Shown piece by piece: positions 19,925 to 29,432 of a stretch of DNA of 64,000 nucleotides. The translations under genes were made by a program, and so were the position numbers. The stretch is from Thermodesulfobacteriota bacterium (lineage in GTDB: Bacteria > Desulfobacterota_D > UBA1144 > Nemesobacterales > Nemesobacteraceae): positions 1,472,001-1,536,000 of the forward strand of contig OZ241855.1 in assembly GCA_965202785.1 (NCBI GenBank). Direction: 5' to 3'. Within the stretch, counting starts at the first letter, position 1; each line of letters starts with the position of its first letter. Below the pieces are notes generated by a model. The model was not told where the DNA came from and searched no databases. It saw only the letters and a list, made by a program, of their open reading frames with translations.

Positions 19925-22105
19925 GTGATCAGGCTAAACGACATCATTGACAAGGTTGCTTCCTACTCGGATATCGAGAACGAAGATCTTGACTTCATAA
20001 AAAAGGCCTACGTGTATTCGGCCAAGGTTCACTCCGGTCAGAAAAGGGTGTCCGGGGAACCGTACCTGAGTCATCCCCTGGAGGTCTCTTCAATACTCGC
20101 GAACTTAAAACTTGACGTTCCCTCCATAGTTACCGGACTTCTTCACGACACGATAGAGGACACTCTTGCGACTCGCGAGGAAATCGAACGGAATTTCGGA
20201 AGCGAGATAGCTTTTCTCGTCGATGCTACCACGAAAATAAGCCGTCTTCCCCATGTCTCCGATGTGGAAAAACAGGCCGAAAGCTTCCGCAAGCTGATAC
20301 TCGCCACGGCTGAGGACATAAGGGTTGTACTGATAAAACTCGCCGACAGGCTGCACAACATGAGGACGCTTCAGTATCTGCCTGAGGAAAAACAGAAGAG
20401 GATCGCTGTTGAAACTATGGAAATTTACGCGCCGCTTGCTCACCGTCTCGGAATGAACTGGATATCGGTTGAGCTGGAGGACCTGGCGTTTAAGTTCTCC
20501 GAGCCGGGTGAATACGAGCGTATTAGCCAAACCGTGTCTGCAAAGAAAGAAGATTGGGAAAAGTACACGACTGAAATCGTCTCGCTCATCAACGGCAAGA
20601 TGAAGGAATTCGGAATTCAAGGAGATGTCTCGTGGAGATTCAAGCATTTATACGGCATCTACAGCAAGATGAAGAAGGGCAATATAAGCCTGCGCAATAT
20701 TTATGACATACTGGGTTTCCGGATCGTTACCGCAGGTGAAAACGAATGCTATCAGGTTCTGGGAGCGGTGCATTCCTTGTGGAAACCGATTCCGGGGAGA
20801 ATAAAAGACTACATAGCCCTTCCAAAGGCCAACAACTACCAGTCCATTCATACTGCCGTGATAGGGCCTTTCGGAGAACAGATGGAGATCCAGATACGAA
20901 CTGAGCGGATGCACCGAATTGCGGAATACGGCGTTGCCGCTCACTGGAGGTACAAGGAGGGAGATTCGCTTGAGAACGGGAATGACAAGATCTACTCAAA
21001 CCTCCGTCATCTTGTTGAGTTAAAAGACATAAAAGACTCGACGGAGTACATAGAAGCCATAAAGGGAGAGCTCATACTGGATGTCGTGTACGTTTACACT
21101 CCCAACGCAGACCTCCTTGAGTTTCCCGTGGGTGCGACTCCGGTTGACTTTGCATATTCAATTCACACAGACATAGGAAATCAATGCTCCCAGGCTTTTG
21201 TTGACCATAAGCTTGTTCCCCTCAACTACAAGCTTAAAACTGGAGACATGGTGGAAGTGGTGACTTCCAAAAACAGAGTTCCTAACAGGCAATGGCTTGA
21301 TTTTGTTGTTACCTCAAAGGCTAAAAACAGAATAAGGAGCTGGCTGAGACAGGAGGAAAACCGCAATGCCGAACAGATTGGAGAGGCAATAGCCCAGAGG
21401 AAGTTCGCCGCGAAAGGACTCAAACTGAGCAACCTGCTCGAGAAGAAAAAACTCGACGAGCCTCTGGCAAAGCTTCAGTTCTCGGGAATAAAGGATTTTT
21501 ACAGGGCGGTCGGATTCGGCAATGCCGCGGTAAACGATCTTCTCAAGGCAATACATCCCAGGAAATTCGCCGAAGGTGCCGAGAAAAGCAAAAGAATAAA
21601 AAGCATAATGAACAGGATATCCAAAGACGAGTACAAGGACGCCGTGCTCGTCAGAAGATATGACAACATACTCATAAAGTTCGGCAAGTGTTGCAACCCG
21701 GTTCCGGGGGAACAGATCATAGGTTTCATAACCAGAGGCAGAGGGATAACCGTGCACGTCTACAATTGCCCCAAATTGCTTGAGGTCGCCCCTGAGAGGA
21801 GAATAGAGGTTGCCTGGAATGACGAGTATTCGGGACGGATGCCGATTGGTCTTTCGGTGAAGTGTGAGAACAGAAAAGGCATACTCTCTGAACTAACAAG
21901 CACGGTTTCGGGACTCAATGTCGACATTGTCAGTGCCGATGTGAGCGAAGATGAGATTGGACAGGGGGATGCGAGGTTTGAGGTAGCGGTGGAAAACATC
22001 AGGCAACTTGAAAAACTCATTGAATCGCTTAAGAATCTTGGGGGAGTTATCTCGGTTGAGAGATTAACGGAAACCACGCCCTCGCAGGCGAATGACCTTA
22101 ACTAA
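19925..22105 (+). CDS. spoT: Bifunctional (p)ppGpp synthetase/hydrolase Rel/SpoT
   Basis: Intact HD motif (LLHDTIED), KLADRLHNMRT, YQSIHT, EIQIRT, TGS, CC and ACT domains. Confidence 0.95.
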   Translation: MIRLNDIIDKVASYSDIENEDLDFIKKAYVYSAKVHSGQKRVSGEPYLSHPLEVSSILANLKLDVPSIVTGLLHDTIEDTLATREEIERNFGSEIAFLVDATTKISRLPHVSDVEKQAESFRKLILATAEDIRVVLIKLADRLHNMRTLQYLPEEKQKRIAVETMEIYAPLAHRLGMNWISVELEDLAFKFSEPGEYERISQTVSAKKEDWEKYTTEIVSLINGKMKEFGIQGDVSWRFKHLYGIYSKMKKGNISLRNIYDILGFRIVTAGENECYQVLGAVHSLWKPIPGRIKDYIALPKANNYQSIHTAVIGPFGEQMEIQIRTERMHRIAEYGVAAHWRYKEGDSLENGNDKIYSNLRHLVELKDIKDSTEYIEAIKGELILDVVYVYTPNADLLEFPVGATPVDFAYSIHTDIGNQCSQAFVDHKLVPLNYKLKTGDMVEVVTSKNRVPNRQWLDFVVTSKAKNRIRSWLRQEENRNAEQIGEAIAQRKFAAKGLKLSNLLEKKKLDEPLAKLQFSGIKDFYRAVGFGNAAVNDLLKAIHPRKFAEGAEKSKRIKSIMNRISKDEYKDAVLVRRYDNILIKFGKCCNPVPGEQIIGFITRGRGITVHVYNCPKLLEVAPERRIEVAWNDEYSGRMPIGLSVKCENRKGILSELTSTVSGLNVDIVSADVSEDEIGQGDARFEVAVENIRQLEKLIESLKNLGGVISVERLTETTPSQANDLN

Positions 22106-22117
22106 AACGGCATTCGG

Positions 22118-23089
22118 GTGCCTTTGGATATTTTTGCCATGATCATAGCCTGGATCAGAAAAAAGCTTGCCATAAGAAGTTCAAAGAAGCTTGTGCGCAC
22201 CGTAAGGGGCATCATCCGGAAAAAAGGGAGATTCATGGCCCCCAGGGAAGCCGATCATGCCGAAGTAAGGATACTTGCCTGTGAAGAGGCGATAGAGCGG
22301 GGTTCCCTGCACGAAATAAGAACATCAAGGAAAGCCCTTCGGATTTTTTTTGAAGACAATCTAAGGTCCTACGGCAAATCCGCCCTGCGGCAAAACGTAG
22401 AAGCTGTAGTGATAGCGGTAGCTCTTGCTCTGGCCATAAGAGCCTTCGTGATTCAACCTTTTAAGATTCCTTCGGGTTCAATGCTTCCGACGCTTCTTGT
22501 GGGTGACCATATACTGATAAACAAGTTCGTCTACGGAACAAGAGTCCCTTTTACCAACGAGATATTTTTTCCTTTCTCCGAAATTGACCGCGGCGACATT
22601 ATAGTCTTCAAACTCGGCGAAGATAATGCAACAGATTTTCCCATGCCCGGTAAAGGGGCTTTCTACGTAAAAAGAGCCGTGGGTATTGCCGGGGATGAAT
22701 TAGACATAAGCGGCAGGGACATCCTCATAAACGGCAGAGCCGTGGAGCAGACCTACACCGGGAACTACGAGTATCCGGACGAGAAATTTTTTTCTGTTGC
22801 CGACAGGTACGAGCAGTCGCTTTCCGGGAAAAATTTCAGCGTTATATATAAAAAGGGGGACAGTTCCACAACGAGCGGGAAAATGAGCTTTCCCCTTGTT
22901 GTTCCCAAGGGCAGGATTTTCGTCATGGGCGATAACAGGGACAACAGTTACGACAGCAGGTTCTGGGGATTCGTGCCGGTGGAAAATGTTTACGGCAAGG
23001 CATTTATGATTCACTGGTCGTGGAATCTCTCCAACCCGAGTTTTGCGGATAAGGTAAGGTGGCATAGAATTTTTTCGGGAATAGAATGA
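22118..23089 (+). CDS. lepB: Signal peptidase I with N-terminal extension
   Basis: IPSGSMLPTL, YVKR, MGDNRDNSYDSRFWG; start could be ATG 22139. Confidence 0.93.
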   Translation: MPLDIFAMIIAWIRKKLAIRSSKKLVRTVRGIIRKKGRFMAPREADHAEVRILACEEAIERGSLHEIRTSRKALRIFFEDNLRSYGKSALRQNVEAVVIAVALALAIRAFVIQPFKIPSGSMLPTLLVGDHILINKFVYGTRVPFTNEIFFPFSEIDRGDIIVFKLGEDNATDFPMPGKGAFYVKRAVGIAGDELDISGRDILINGRAVEQTYTGNYEYPDEKFFSVADRYEQSLSGKNFSVIYKKGDSSTTSGKMSFPLVVPKGRIFVMGDNRDNSYDSRFWGFVPVENVYGKAFMIHWSWNLSNPSFADKVRWHRIFSGIE

Positions 23090-23215
23090 GCTTGCCGACT
23101 GTTTTCTGGAAAAACGGTGTTAGGGCATTTTCAGCAGGCGTCGTTACGGACAATCCCCGCTATGCGAAAAACCTGTTTTCAATAACTGCTCTACGGTGTA
23201 TCCTCTTTGCGGATT

Positions 23216-23758
23216 ATGGAGACTAAGAAAAAAATAGAGCCGATTGAGGACAGGGCCGAAAGTTTTTTCTCCGGGATCATAGACGACATACCGCCCGAGA
23301 GGCTGAGCAGCATTATTGTCATAGGGATAAAGACAAGAGGGGAATATCTGGGCAAGAGGCTCGTTGAGCGTATAAGCGAGCGGACCGGAAAGGATGTCAC
23401 ATTCGGAACGATCGATATTACTCTCTACAGGGATGATTTCGAGAACAGGAAAAACTGGCCGCAACTGCGCAGAACCAGCATCCCCGACGACGTGCAGGGG
23501 AAAAACATAATACTTGTCGACGATGTCCTCTACACTGGCCGTACCGTGCGGGCCGCCATAAATTCAATCATGGATTACGGAAGGCCGGCTTCGGTCAAGC
23601 TCGCCGTGCTCGTGGACAGGGGAGGAAGGGAACTCCCCGTGCAGCCCGACTATGCGGGAATCAGCATCGAAACCTTAGATGATGAGATGGTCAACGTTTA
23701 CCTGGAAGAAGTGGACGGCAGGGAGGAAATCGAGATAATCAGAAAAAATGCCGTTTAA
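23216..23758 (+). CDS. pyrR: PyrR-family phosphoribosyltransferase
   Basis: GIKTRG, DITLYRDD, LVDDVLYTGRT, LVDRGGRELP; upstream of pyrBC. Confidence 0.92.
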   Translation: METKKKIEPIEDRAESFFSGIIDDIPPERLSSIIVIGIKTRGEYLGKRLVERISERTGKDVTFGTIDITLYRDDFENRKNWPQLRRTSIPDDVQGKNIILVDDVLYTGRTVRAAINSIMDYGRPASVKLAVLVDRGGRELPVQPDYAGISIETLDDEMVNVYLEEVDGREEIEIIRKNAV

Positions 23759-24674
23759 CAAAAAGCACATACTGGGTCTTGGAGAACTCTCGGCCGAGGA
23801 AATTAAAATCATTCTCGACACTGCGGAGTCCATGAAGGAGATTTCCACCAGGGACGTAAAGAAGGTCCCGACTCTTAAGGGAAGGACCGTAGTGAATCTT
23901 TTTTTCGAACCCAGCACCAGAACCCGCTCGTCATTTGAAATCGCGGAGAAAAGGCTCAGTGCCGATGTTCTGAATTTTTCCGCTTCGCAAAGCAGCGTGG
24001 TAAAAGGTGAGAGCCTTGTGGACACTGCCAGGAATTTCGAGGCCATGGGCGCGAGCATCATGGTCATAAGACACGGGATGTCCGGCGCGCCTTTTGTCCT
24101 TGCCCGCGAGATAGGCGCCTCTGTAATAAACGCCGGAGACGGCTCCCACGAGCATCCGAGCCAGGCTCTTATCGACATTTTTACTATAAGGGAGAAAAAA
24201 GGGAGAGTAGAGGGCCTAAATGTTCTCATTGTCGGTGATATTCTCAACAGCAGGGTCGCCAGATCCAATATCTTCGGGCTCCAGAAACTCGGGGCGAAAG
24301 TAAGAATAGTCGGACCGGCAACCATAGTTCCTGAATATTTCAGCGAGATGGGAGCGGAGATCTTTTATTCGCTTGAACATGCCATTGAGAACGTGGATGT
24401 GGTGATAATGCTGCGGGTTCAGAGCGAGAGAAAGACTCTTGAATACTTCCCGTCGCTTAGGGAATACTCGGGGCTGTACGGACTTACCAGGGAGAAACTC
24501 AGACTCGCGAAAAAAGATGTGATAGTGATGCACCCGGGTCCGATCAACCGGGGAGTTGAACTTACTTCGGAGATAGCCGATGACCCGGACGCCGTTATAC
24601 TTGAACAGGTGGCAAACGGAATTGCCGTGAGAATGGCCATGATATATCTTGTTGGCCTGGGAGAGAGCTTATAG
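23748..24674 (+). CDS. pyrB: Aspartate carbamoyltransferase catalytic subunit
   Basis: FFEPSTRT, HEHPSQAL, MHPGPINRG. Confidence 0.97.
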   Translation: MPFNKKHILGLGELSAEEIKIILDTAESMKEISTRDVKKVPTLKGRTVVNLFFEPSTRTRSSFEIAEKRLSADVLNFSASQSSVVKGESLVDTARNFEAMGASIMVIRHGMSGAPFVLAREIGASVINAGDGSHEHPSQALIDIFTIREKKGRVEGLNVLIVGDILNSRVARSNIFGLQKLGAKVRIVGPATIVPEYFSEMGAEIFYSLEHAIENVDVVIMLRVQSERKTLEYFPSLREYSGLYGLTREKLRLAKKDVIVMHPGPINRGVELTSEIADDPDAVILEQVANGIAVRMAMIYLVGLGESL

Positions 24675-25955
24675 ATGGGAGTGCTCATTAAAAACGGGCG
24701 CGTTATCGATCCTTCACAGTCCCTTGACATGGTCTCGGATGTATATGTCCAGGGAGACAGGGTAAAGGAAATATCAAAGCGCATAGACACCCCGCGCAAG
24801 TCAGACACGGTAATAGACGCCAGCGGGCAGGTCGTGTCTCCCGGCTTCGTAGATATTCACGTACATCTAAGAGAACCGGGCTATGAGCACAAGGAGACGA
24901 TAAAGACGGGTTGTCTTGCCGCCGCCGCGGGCGGTTTCACCTCCATAGTGTGCATGCCCAACACGAACCCCATAAACGACAATGCCTCTGTGACGGAGTA
25001 CATACTCTTAAAAGCGAGAACCGAAGGGATAGTCAACGTGTTTCCTATAGGAGCGATAACCAGGGGGGAGAAGGGAGAGGAACTTGCCGACATAGGCGAG
25101 ATGTGTGAAGCCGGATGCGTGGCGATCTCCGACGACGGGATGCCGGTCACTGACTCGGGACTTATGCGAAAGGCCATGGAATACGTAAGACCTTTCGGGA
25201 TTCCGGTTATCACGCACGCAGAAGACAAAGGACTTTCAGTTGGCGGCGTTATGAACGAGGGTTTCGTTTCAACCGAACTTGGCCTTCGGGGAATTCCCGC
25301 CGCTTCTGAGGAGGTTGGGGTGGTCAGGGACATAATTCTCTGCGAGCTCACGGGCACTCCTCTTCACATCTGCCATGTCTCCACCAAGGGGTCGGTGAGG
25401 CTCGTTCGGGCAGCGAAGAAAAGAGGCGCGAAGGTTACGGCAGAAGCGACTCCTCACCATTTCACTCTTACGGACAAAGAGGTATACGGGTACAACACCA
25501 ATGCCAAGATGAATCCGCCGCTTAGGACCCAGGAAGACGTAGATGCAATAATAGAAGGTATTGCCGATGGAACAATTGACGTAATAGCCACTGATCATGC
25601 TCCTCACAGCCAGGATGAGAAAAACGTTGAATTTGACTTGGCACCTTTCGGCATAGTTGGTCTTGAAACTGCCCTCTCGCTTTCGCTTGAGCTGGTGGAA
25701 AAAGGAATCATCACTCTTGAGGAGATGATAAAAAAACTTACTGTTGTTCCTTCAGAGATAGTGGGGATAGAAAGAGGTACACTTGCCCCGGGTTCAATAG
25801 CCGACCTCGTGGTATTCGATCCCGGCATGAGCCGCACGGTAAACCCTGAGAAATTTTTCTCAAAGAGTAGAAATACTCCGTTTTCCGGGTGGGAACTCAA
25901 AGGGGTGGTGAGCAATACGATAGTTTCGGGAAAGGTTGTTTTCAGTCGCAACTAA
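24675..25955 (+). CDS. pyrC: Dihydroorotase
   Basis: [29 protein letters not shown]. Confidence 0.96.
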   Translation: MGVLIKNGRVIDPSQSLDMVSDVYVQGDRVKEISKRIDTPRKSDTVIDASGQVVSPGFVDIHVHLREPGYEHKETIKTGCLAAAAGGFTSIVCMPNTNPINDNASVTEYILLKARTEGIVNVFPIGAITRGEKGEELADIGEMCEAGCVAISDDGMPVTDSGLMRKAMEYVRPFGIPVITHAEDKGLSVGGVMNEGFVSTELGLRGIPAASEEVGVVRDIILCELTGTPLHICHVSTKGSVRLVRAAKKRGAKVTAEATPHHFTLTDKEVYGYNTNAKMNPPLRTQEDVDAIIEGIADGTIDVIATDHAPHSQDEKNVEFDLAPFGIVGLETALSLSLELVEKGIITLEEMIKKLTVVPSEIVGIERGTLAPGSIADLVVFDPGMSRTVNPEKFFSKSRNTPFSGWELKGVVSNTIVSGKVVFSRN

Positions 25956-25998
25956 GTTTTATTTTTGCGATAGCCAACGGAAAAGAGATTCCAACGCA

Positions 25999-27459
25999 AT
26001 GGAAGACAAGCAGTTTGAATTAAGAAAATCAAAGCTGGAAGAGCTAAGGGCAATGGGCATTGACCCTTATGCAAACGGTTTTACACCGGAGCATACCGCC
26101 GGAGAACTGGTCTCCCTGCACGCTTCGAAGTCTCCCGAAGAACTTGAACAGATAGAAGGGCTCTTCAGCTTGGCCGGAAGAGTCGTTTCAAAGAGGGACT
26201 TCGGAAAAAGCGCTTTTTTTCATCTCTCGGACCGCACGGGGCGGATTCAGGGGTTCATACAGAAAAACTCCATTGACGAGAAAACCTTTACGCTGTTTCG
26301 CAAGCTGCTTGACGTAGGAGATTTTGCCGGCGTCCGCGGGGAGCTTTTTAAAACCAAGACCGGAGAGATTACGGTGAGGGTCCGGGAACTTTTTTTCCTC
26401 ACAAAAGCTCTGAGGCCGCTTCCTGAAAAATGGCATGGTCTTCAGGATGTGGAGATAAGATACCGCCAGCGCTACTTGGATCTGATTGCTAACCAGAGAA
26501 CCAAGGAGATTTTCAAGACAAGATCAAAGGTGATAAATCTCATCAGAAGGTTTCTTGACGAAAGGGATTTCCTTGAAGTGGAGACCCCAGTGCTTCACCC
26601 GATCGCCGGAGGGGCAACCGCAAAACCCTTTATTACTCACCACAACGCCCTTGATATGGATCTTTACTTGAGAATAGCTCCCGAGCTTTATCTGAAACGA
26701 CTTGTCGTTGGAGGACTTGAGAGAGTTTACGAACTTGGAAGAACGTTCAGAAATGAGGGAGTTTCCACCAAGCACAATCCGGAATTCACCATGATCGAGT
26801 TCTATCAAGCTTATGCGACTTACGAGGACCTTATGAATCTTATAGAGGAGCTTGTCTGCTACGTGGTGGAAAACACGGCGGGAGGCATGCTGGTTGAGTA
26901 CGAAGATAAGAAGATAGACTTCGAGAGGCCTTGGAAGAGAATTAACATTTATGAGGCCCTGCGGGAGAAATTCGGTTCCGAAATAACGGAAGATGACCAG
27001 TTTCTTTTTGCGAAAGCGGATTCCATGGGAATAAACCATAACGGAATTAAAGGTAAAGCTCTCACGGAGATTTTCGAAGCGCTTTTCGAAGATAATCTCC
27101 TTAACCCGACTTTTGTTTACGGTTTTCCGCTTGATGTCTCCCCGCTTGCCAGAAAAAACGATGATGATCCTGAAGTGGTTGACAGATTCGAGCTTTACGT
27201 TTACGGAAGGGAAATAGCCAACGCTTTTTCTGAGCTTAACGACCCGATTGATCAGAAAAAACGGTTTACGGACCAAGTCGAAATGAAGAAAAAGGGCGAG
27301 GATGAATATCACGAAATGGATAATGACTACGTGTCGGCTCTTGAATACGGAATGCCTCCCACGGCCGGAGCCGGTATAGGGATCGACCGTCTCGTGATGC
27401 TGCTTACCAACTCCCCTTCCATAAGAGAAGTTATTTTCTTCCCTCACCTCAGATCTTAG
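25999..27459 (+). CDS. lysS: Lysine--tRNA ligase (class II)
   Basis: [41 protein letters not shown]. Confidence 0.98.
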   Translation: MEDKQFELRKSKLEELRAMGIDPYANGFTPEHTAGELVSLHASKSPEELEQIEGLFSLAGRVVSKRDFGKSAFFHLSDRTGRIQGFIQKNSIDEKTFTLFRKLLDVGDFAGVRGELFKTKTGEITVRVRELFFLTKALRPLPEKWHGLQDVEIRYRQRYLDLIANQRTKEIFKTRSKVINLIRRFLDERDFLEVETPVLHPIAGGATAKPFITHHNALDMDLYLRIAPELYLKRLVVGGLERVYELGRTFRNEGVSTKHNPEFTMIEFYQAYATYEDLMNLIEELVCYVVENTAGGMLVEYEDKKIDFERPWKRINIYEALREKFGSEITEDDQFLFAKADSMGINHNGIKGKALTEIFEALFEDNLLNPTFVYGFPLDVSPLARKNDDDPEVVDRFELYVYGREIANAFSELNDPIDQKKRFTDQVEMKKKGEDEYHEMDNDYVSALEYGMPPTAGAGIGIDRLVMLLTNSPSIREVIFFPHLRS

Positions 27460-27460
27460 T

Positions 27461-28756
27461 ATGAGTTACGAATCGTTAATCTCCCTTAGGTATCTGAAGT
27501 CGGGAACTGGGCGTGGTTTTCTCTCCCTAATCGGTCTTATCTCCATTCTGGGCGTTTTCTTGGGCGTGGCTTCGCTTGACGTGGTGCTTTCGGTCATGAA
27601 GGGGTTTGAGGATGAACTCAGGGACAAGATAATCGGCGCGAGTTCTCACGTAGTCGTAATGAGCTACGAAGGAGATTTCGAGGATTTTGCGGAGGTGGAG
27701 AAGAAACTTGAGCACTTTCCCGGTGTAACCTCGACAAGCCCCTTTATTTACAATCAAGGCATGCTTGTCACGGAATATGCTGTCTCAGGTTCCGTGATAA
27801 GGGGGATAGACCCGAATAATTCAGCCTCGGTTGCCACCGTGGCAGAAGCGGTGGGAAAAGGCAGTCTGCCGGAGGAAGGTAAGAACCGTGATGCCCTCTT
27901 TGATGAAGGCGCCCGGATTGTTTCGGGGCTTTTACATAAAACCGCTTCCGGGAACCCTCCGATCATCATAGGCAGGGAACTTTCGAATCTGATTGGCGCG
28001 ACAATCGGGGATACCGTCAATCTTGTTTCTCCTTACGGAAAGATCGGTCCCTTCGGCCCGACTGCCAAGATAAGGAAATTCGGTGTAATAGGAGTTTTTG
28101 ATTACGGCATGATTGAATACGATTCTTCTACCGCCTACGTATCGCTTGAGGATGCCATGAATTTCTTCGAAACCCGAGGCAAGATAACGGGCATAGAAGT
28201 CAGAGTGGATGACATATACCAGGCGCGCGAAACGGGGGATAAGATAGTCGAAACTCTCGGCTATCCTTTTTACGCCAGGAACTGGGAGGACTCGAACAGA
28301 AGCCTTTTCAGAGCGCTTCGCCTTGAGAGAATGGCAATAGGGATATTTCTTGGGTTTATAGTTCTTGTTGCCGCCTTGAATATAGTCAGCACGCTTACAA
28401 TGCTCGTTATGGAGAAAAAAAGGGACATAGCCGTGCTTATATCCATGGGGGCCCGCAAAAGCGGTATCAGAAAAATATTTATCTACGACGGAATGATAAT
28501 AGGGACCGTCGGAACACTTCTTGGCACTCTATTCGGATACCTGATCTGCCGCTTTCTTGAGACCAGTAATTTTATAAAGGAAGCGATTCCGTTCGATGAT
28601 AACGTGTATCCTATTTCCGAATTCCCTGTTAGGATAGAGCCGGTTTATTTTCTCGTGGTAGCGGCATCAAGCCTGCTTATATGCTTTCTTGCGACTCTCT
28701 ACCCGTCTTATAGAGCTTCGAGAGAAAACCCCGTGGAGTCATTAAGATATGAGTGA
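27461..28756 (+). CDS. lolC: Lipoprotein-releasing ABC transporter permease LolC/E
   Basis: VLSVMKGF, VAALNIVSTL, KRDIAVL, YPSYRAS..PVESLRYE. Confidence 0.9.
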   Translation: MSYESLISLRYLKSGTGRGFLSLIGLISILGVFLGVASLDVVLSVMKGFEDELRDKIIGASSHVVVMSYEGDFEDFAEVEKKLEHFPGVTSTSPFIYNQGMLVTEYAVSGSVIRGIDPNNSASVATVAEAVGKGSLPEEGKNRDALFDEGARIVSGLLHKTASGNPPIIIGRELSNLIGATIGDTVNLVSPYGKIGPFGPTAKIRKFGVIGVFDYGMIEYDSSTAYVSLEDAMNFFETRGKITGIEVRVDDIYQARETGDKIVETLGYPFYARNWEDSNRSLFRALRLERMAIGIFLGFIVLVAALNIVSTLTMLVMEKKRDIAVLISMGARKSGIRKIFIYDGMIIGTVGTLLGTLFGYLICRFLETSNFIKEAIPFDDNVYPISEFPVRIEPVYFLVVAASSLLICFLATLYPSYRASRENPVESLRYE

Positions 28757-29432
28757 GGCGCTATACAGAGTCAGGGGGCTGGAAAAAGTTTTCAATAAGT
28801 CGGGCAGCAGCGTGTGCGCTCTTGGCGGAGTGGATATGGATATTTCTGCCGGAGAAACCCTCGGAGTCGTGGGGGTGTCGGGTTCGGGGAAAAGCACCCT
28901 TCTTCACATACTTGGCACTCTCGAGCCCCCGACGGAAGGTTCGGTTTTCTACCGGGGAAAGGACCTTTTCAGCCAAAATGAAGAAGAACTCTCGGTTTTC
29001 AGAAACTCGGAAATTGGATTTATTTTTCAATTTCATTACCTTCTTATGGAATTCACGGCACTTGAAAACGTCATGATGCCGTGTCTTATAGAAAGGCAGA
29101 GCCTTGCTGTGGCGAAACAAAAGGCTTGCGATGTGCTTGAGAAAGTGGGGCTTTCCGAGCGTCTCAACCATCTTCCGGGAGAGCTTTCCGGGGGAGAGCA
29201 GCAGAGAGTGGCAATCGCCAGATCAATTGTCAGGGGGCCGAAGGTTATACTTGCCGACGAGCCCACCGGGAATCTTGACAAAAAAACGGGATTTTCGGTT
29301 CTTGATCTGTTCTGCAGGCTTAACGAGGATTACGGGGTTACGGTTGTCATGGTTACGCACAACGACGAATTTGCGAAGAGAATGAAAAAAACTGTTAGAA
29401 TATCGGACGGGATGGTTGCCGATGCAAACTAA
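28749..29432 (+). CDS. lolD: Lipoprotein-releasing ABC transporter ATPase
   Basis: GVSGSGKST, GFIFQFHYL, LSGGEQQRV, ADEPTGNLD. Confidence 0.93.
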   Translation: MSEALYRVRGLEKVFNKSGSSVCALGGVDMDISAGETLGVVGVSGSGKSTLLHILGTLEPPTEGSVFYRGKDLFSQNEEELSVFRNSEIGFIFQFHYLLMEFTALENVMMPCLIERQSLAVAKQKACDVLEKVGLSERLNHLPGELSGGEQQRVAIARSIVRGPKVILADEPTGNLDKKTGFSVLDLFCRLNEDYGVTVVMVTHNDEFAKRMKKTVRISDGMVADAN

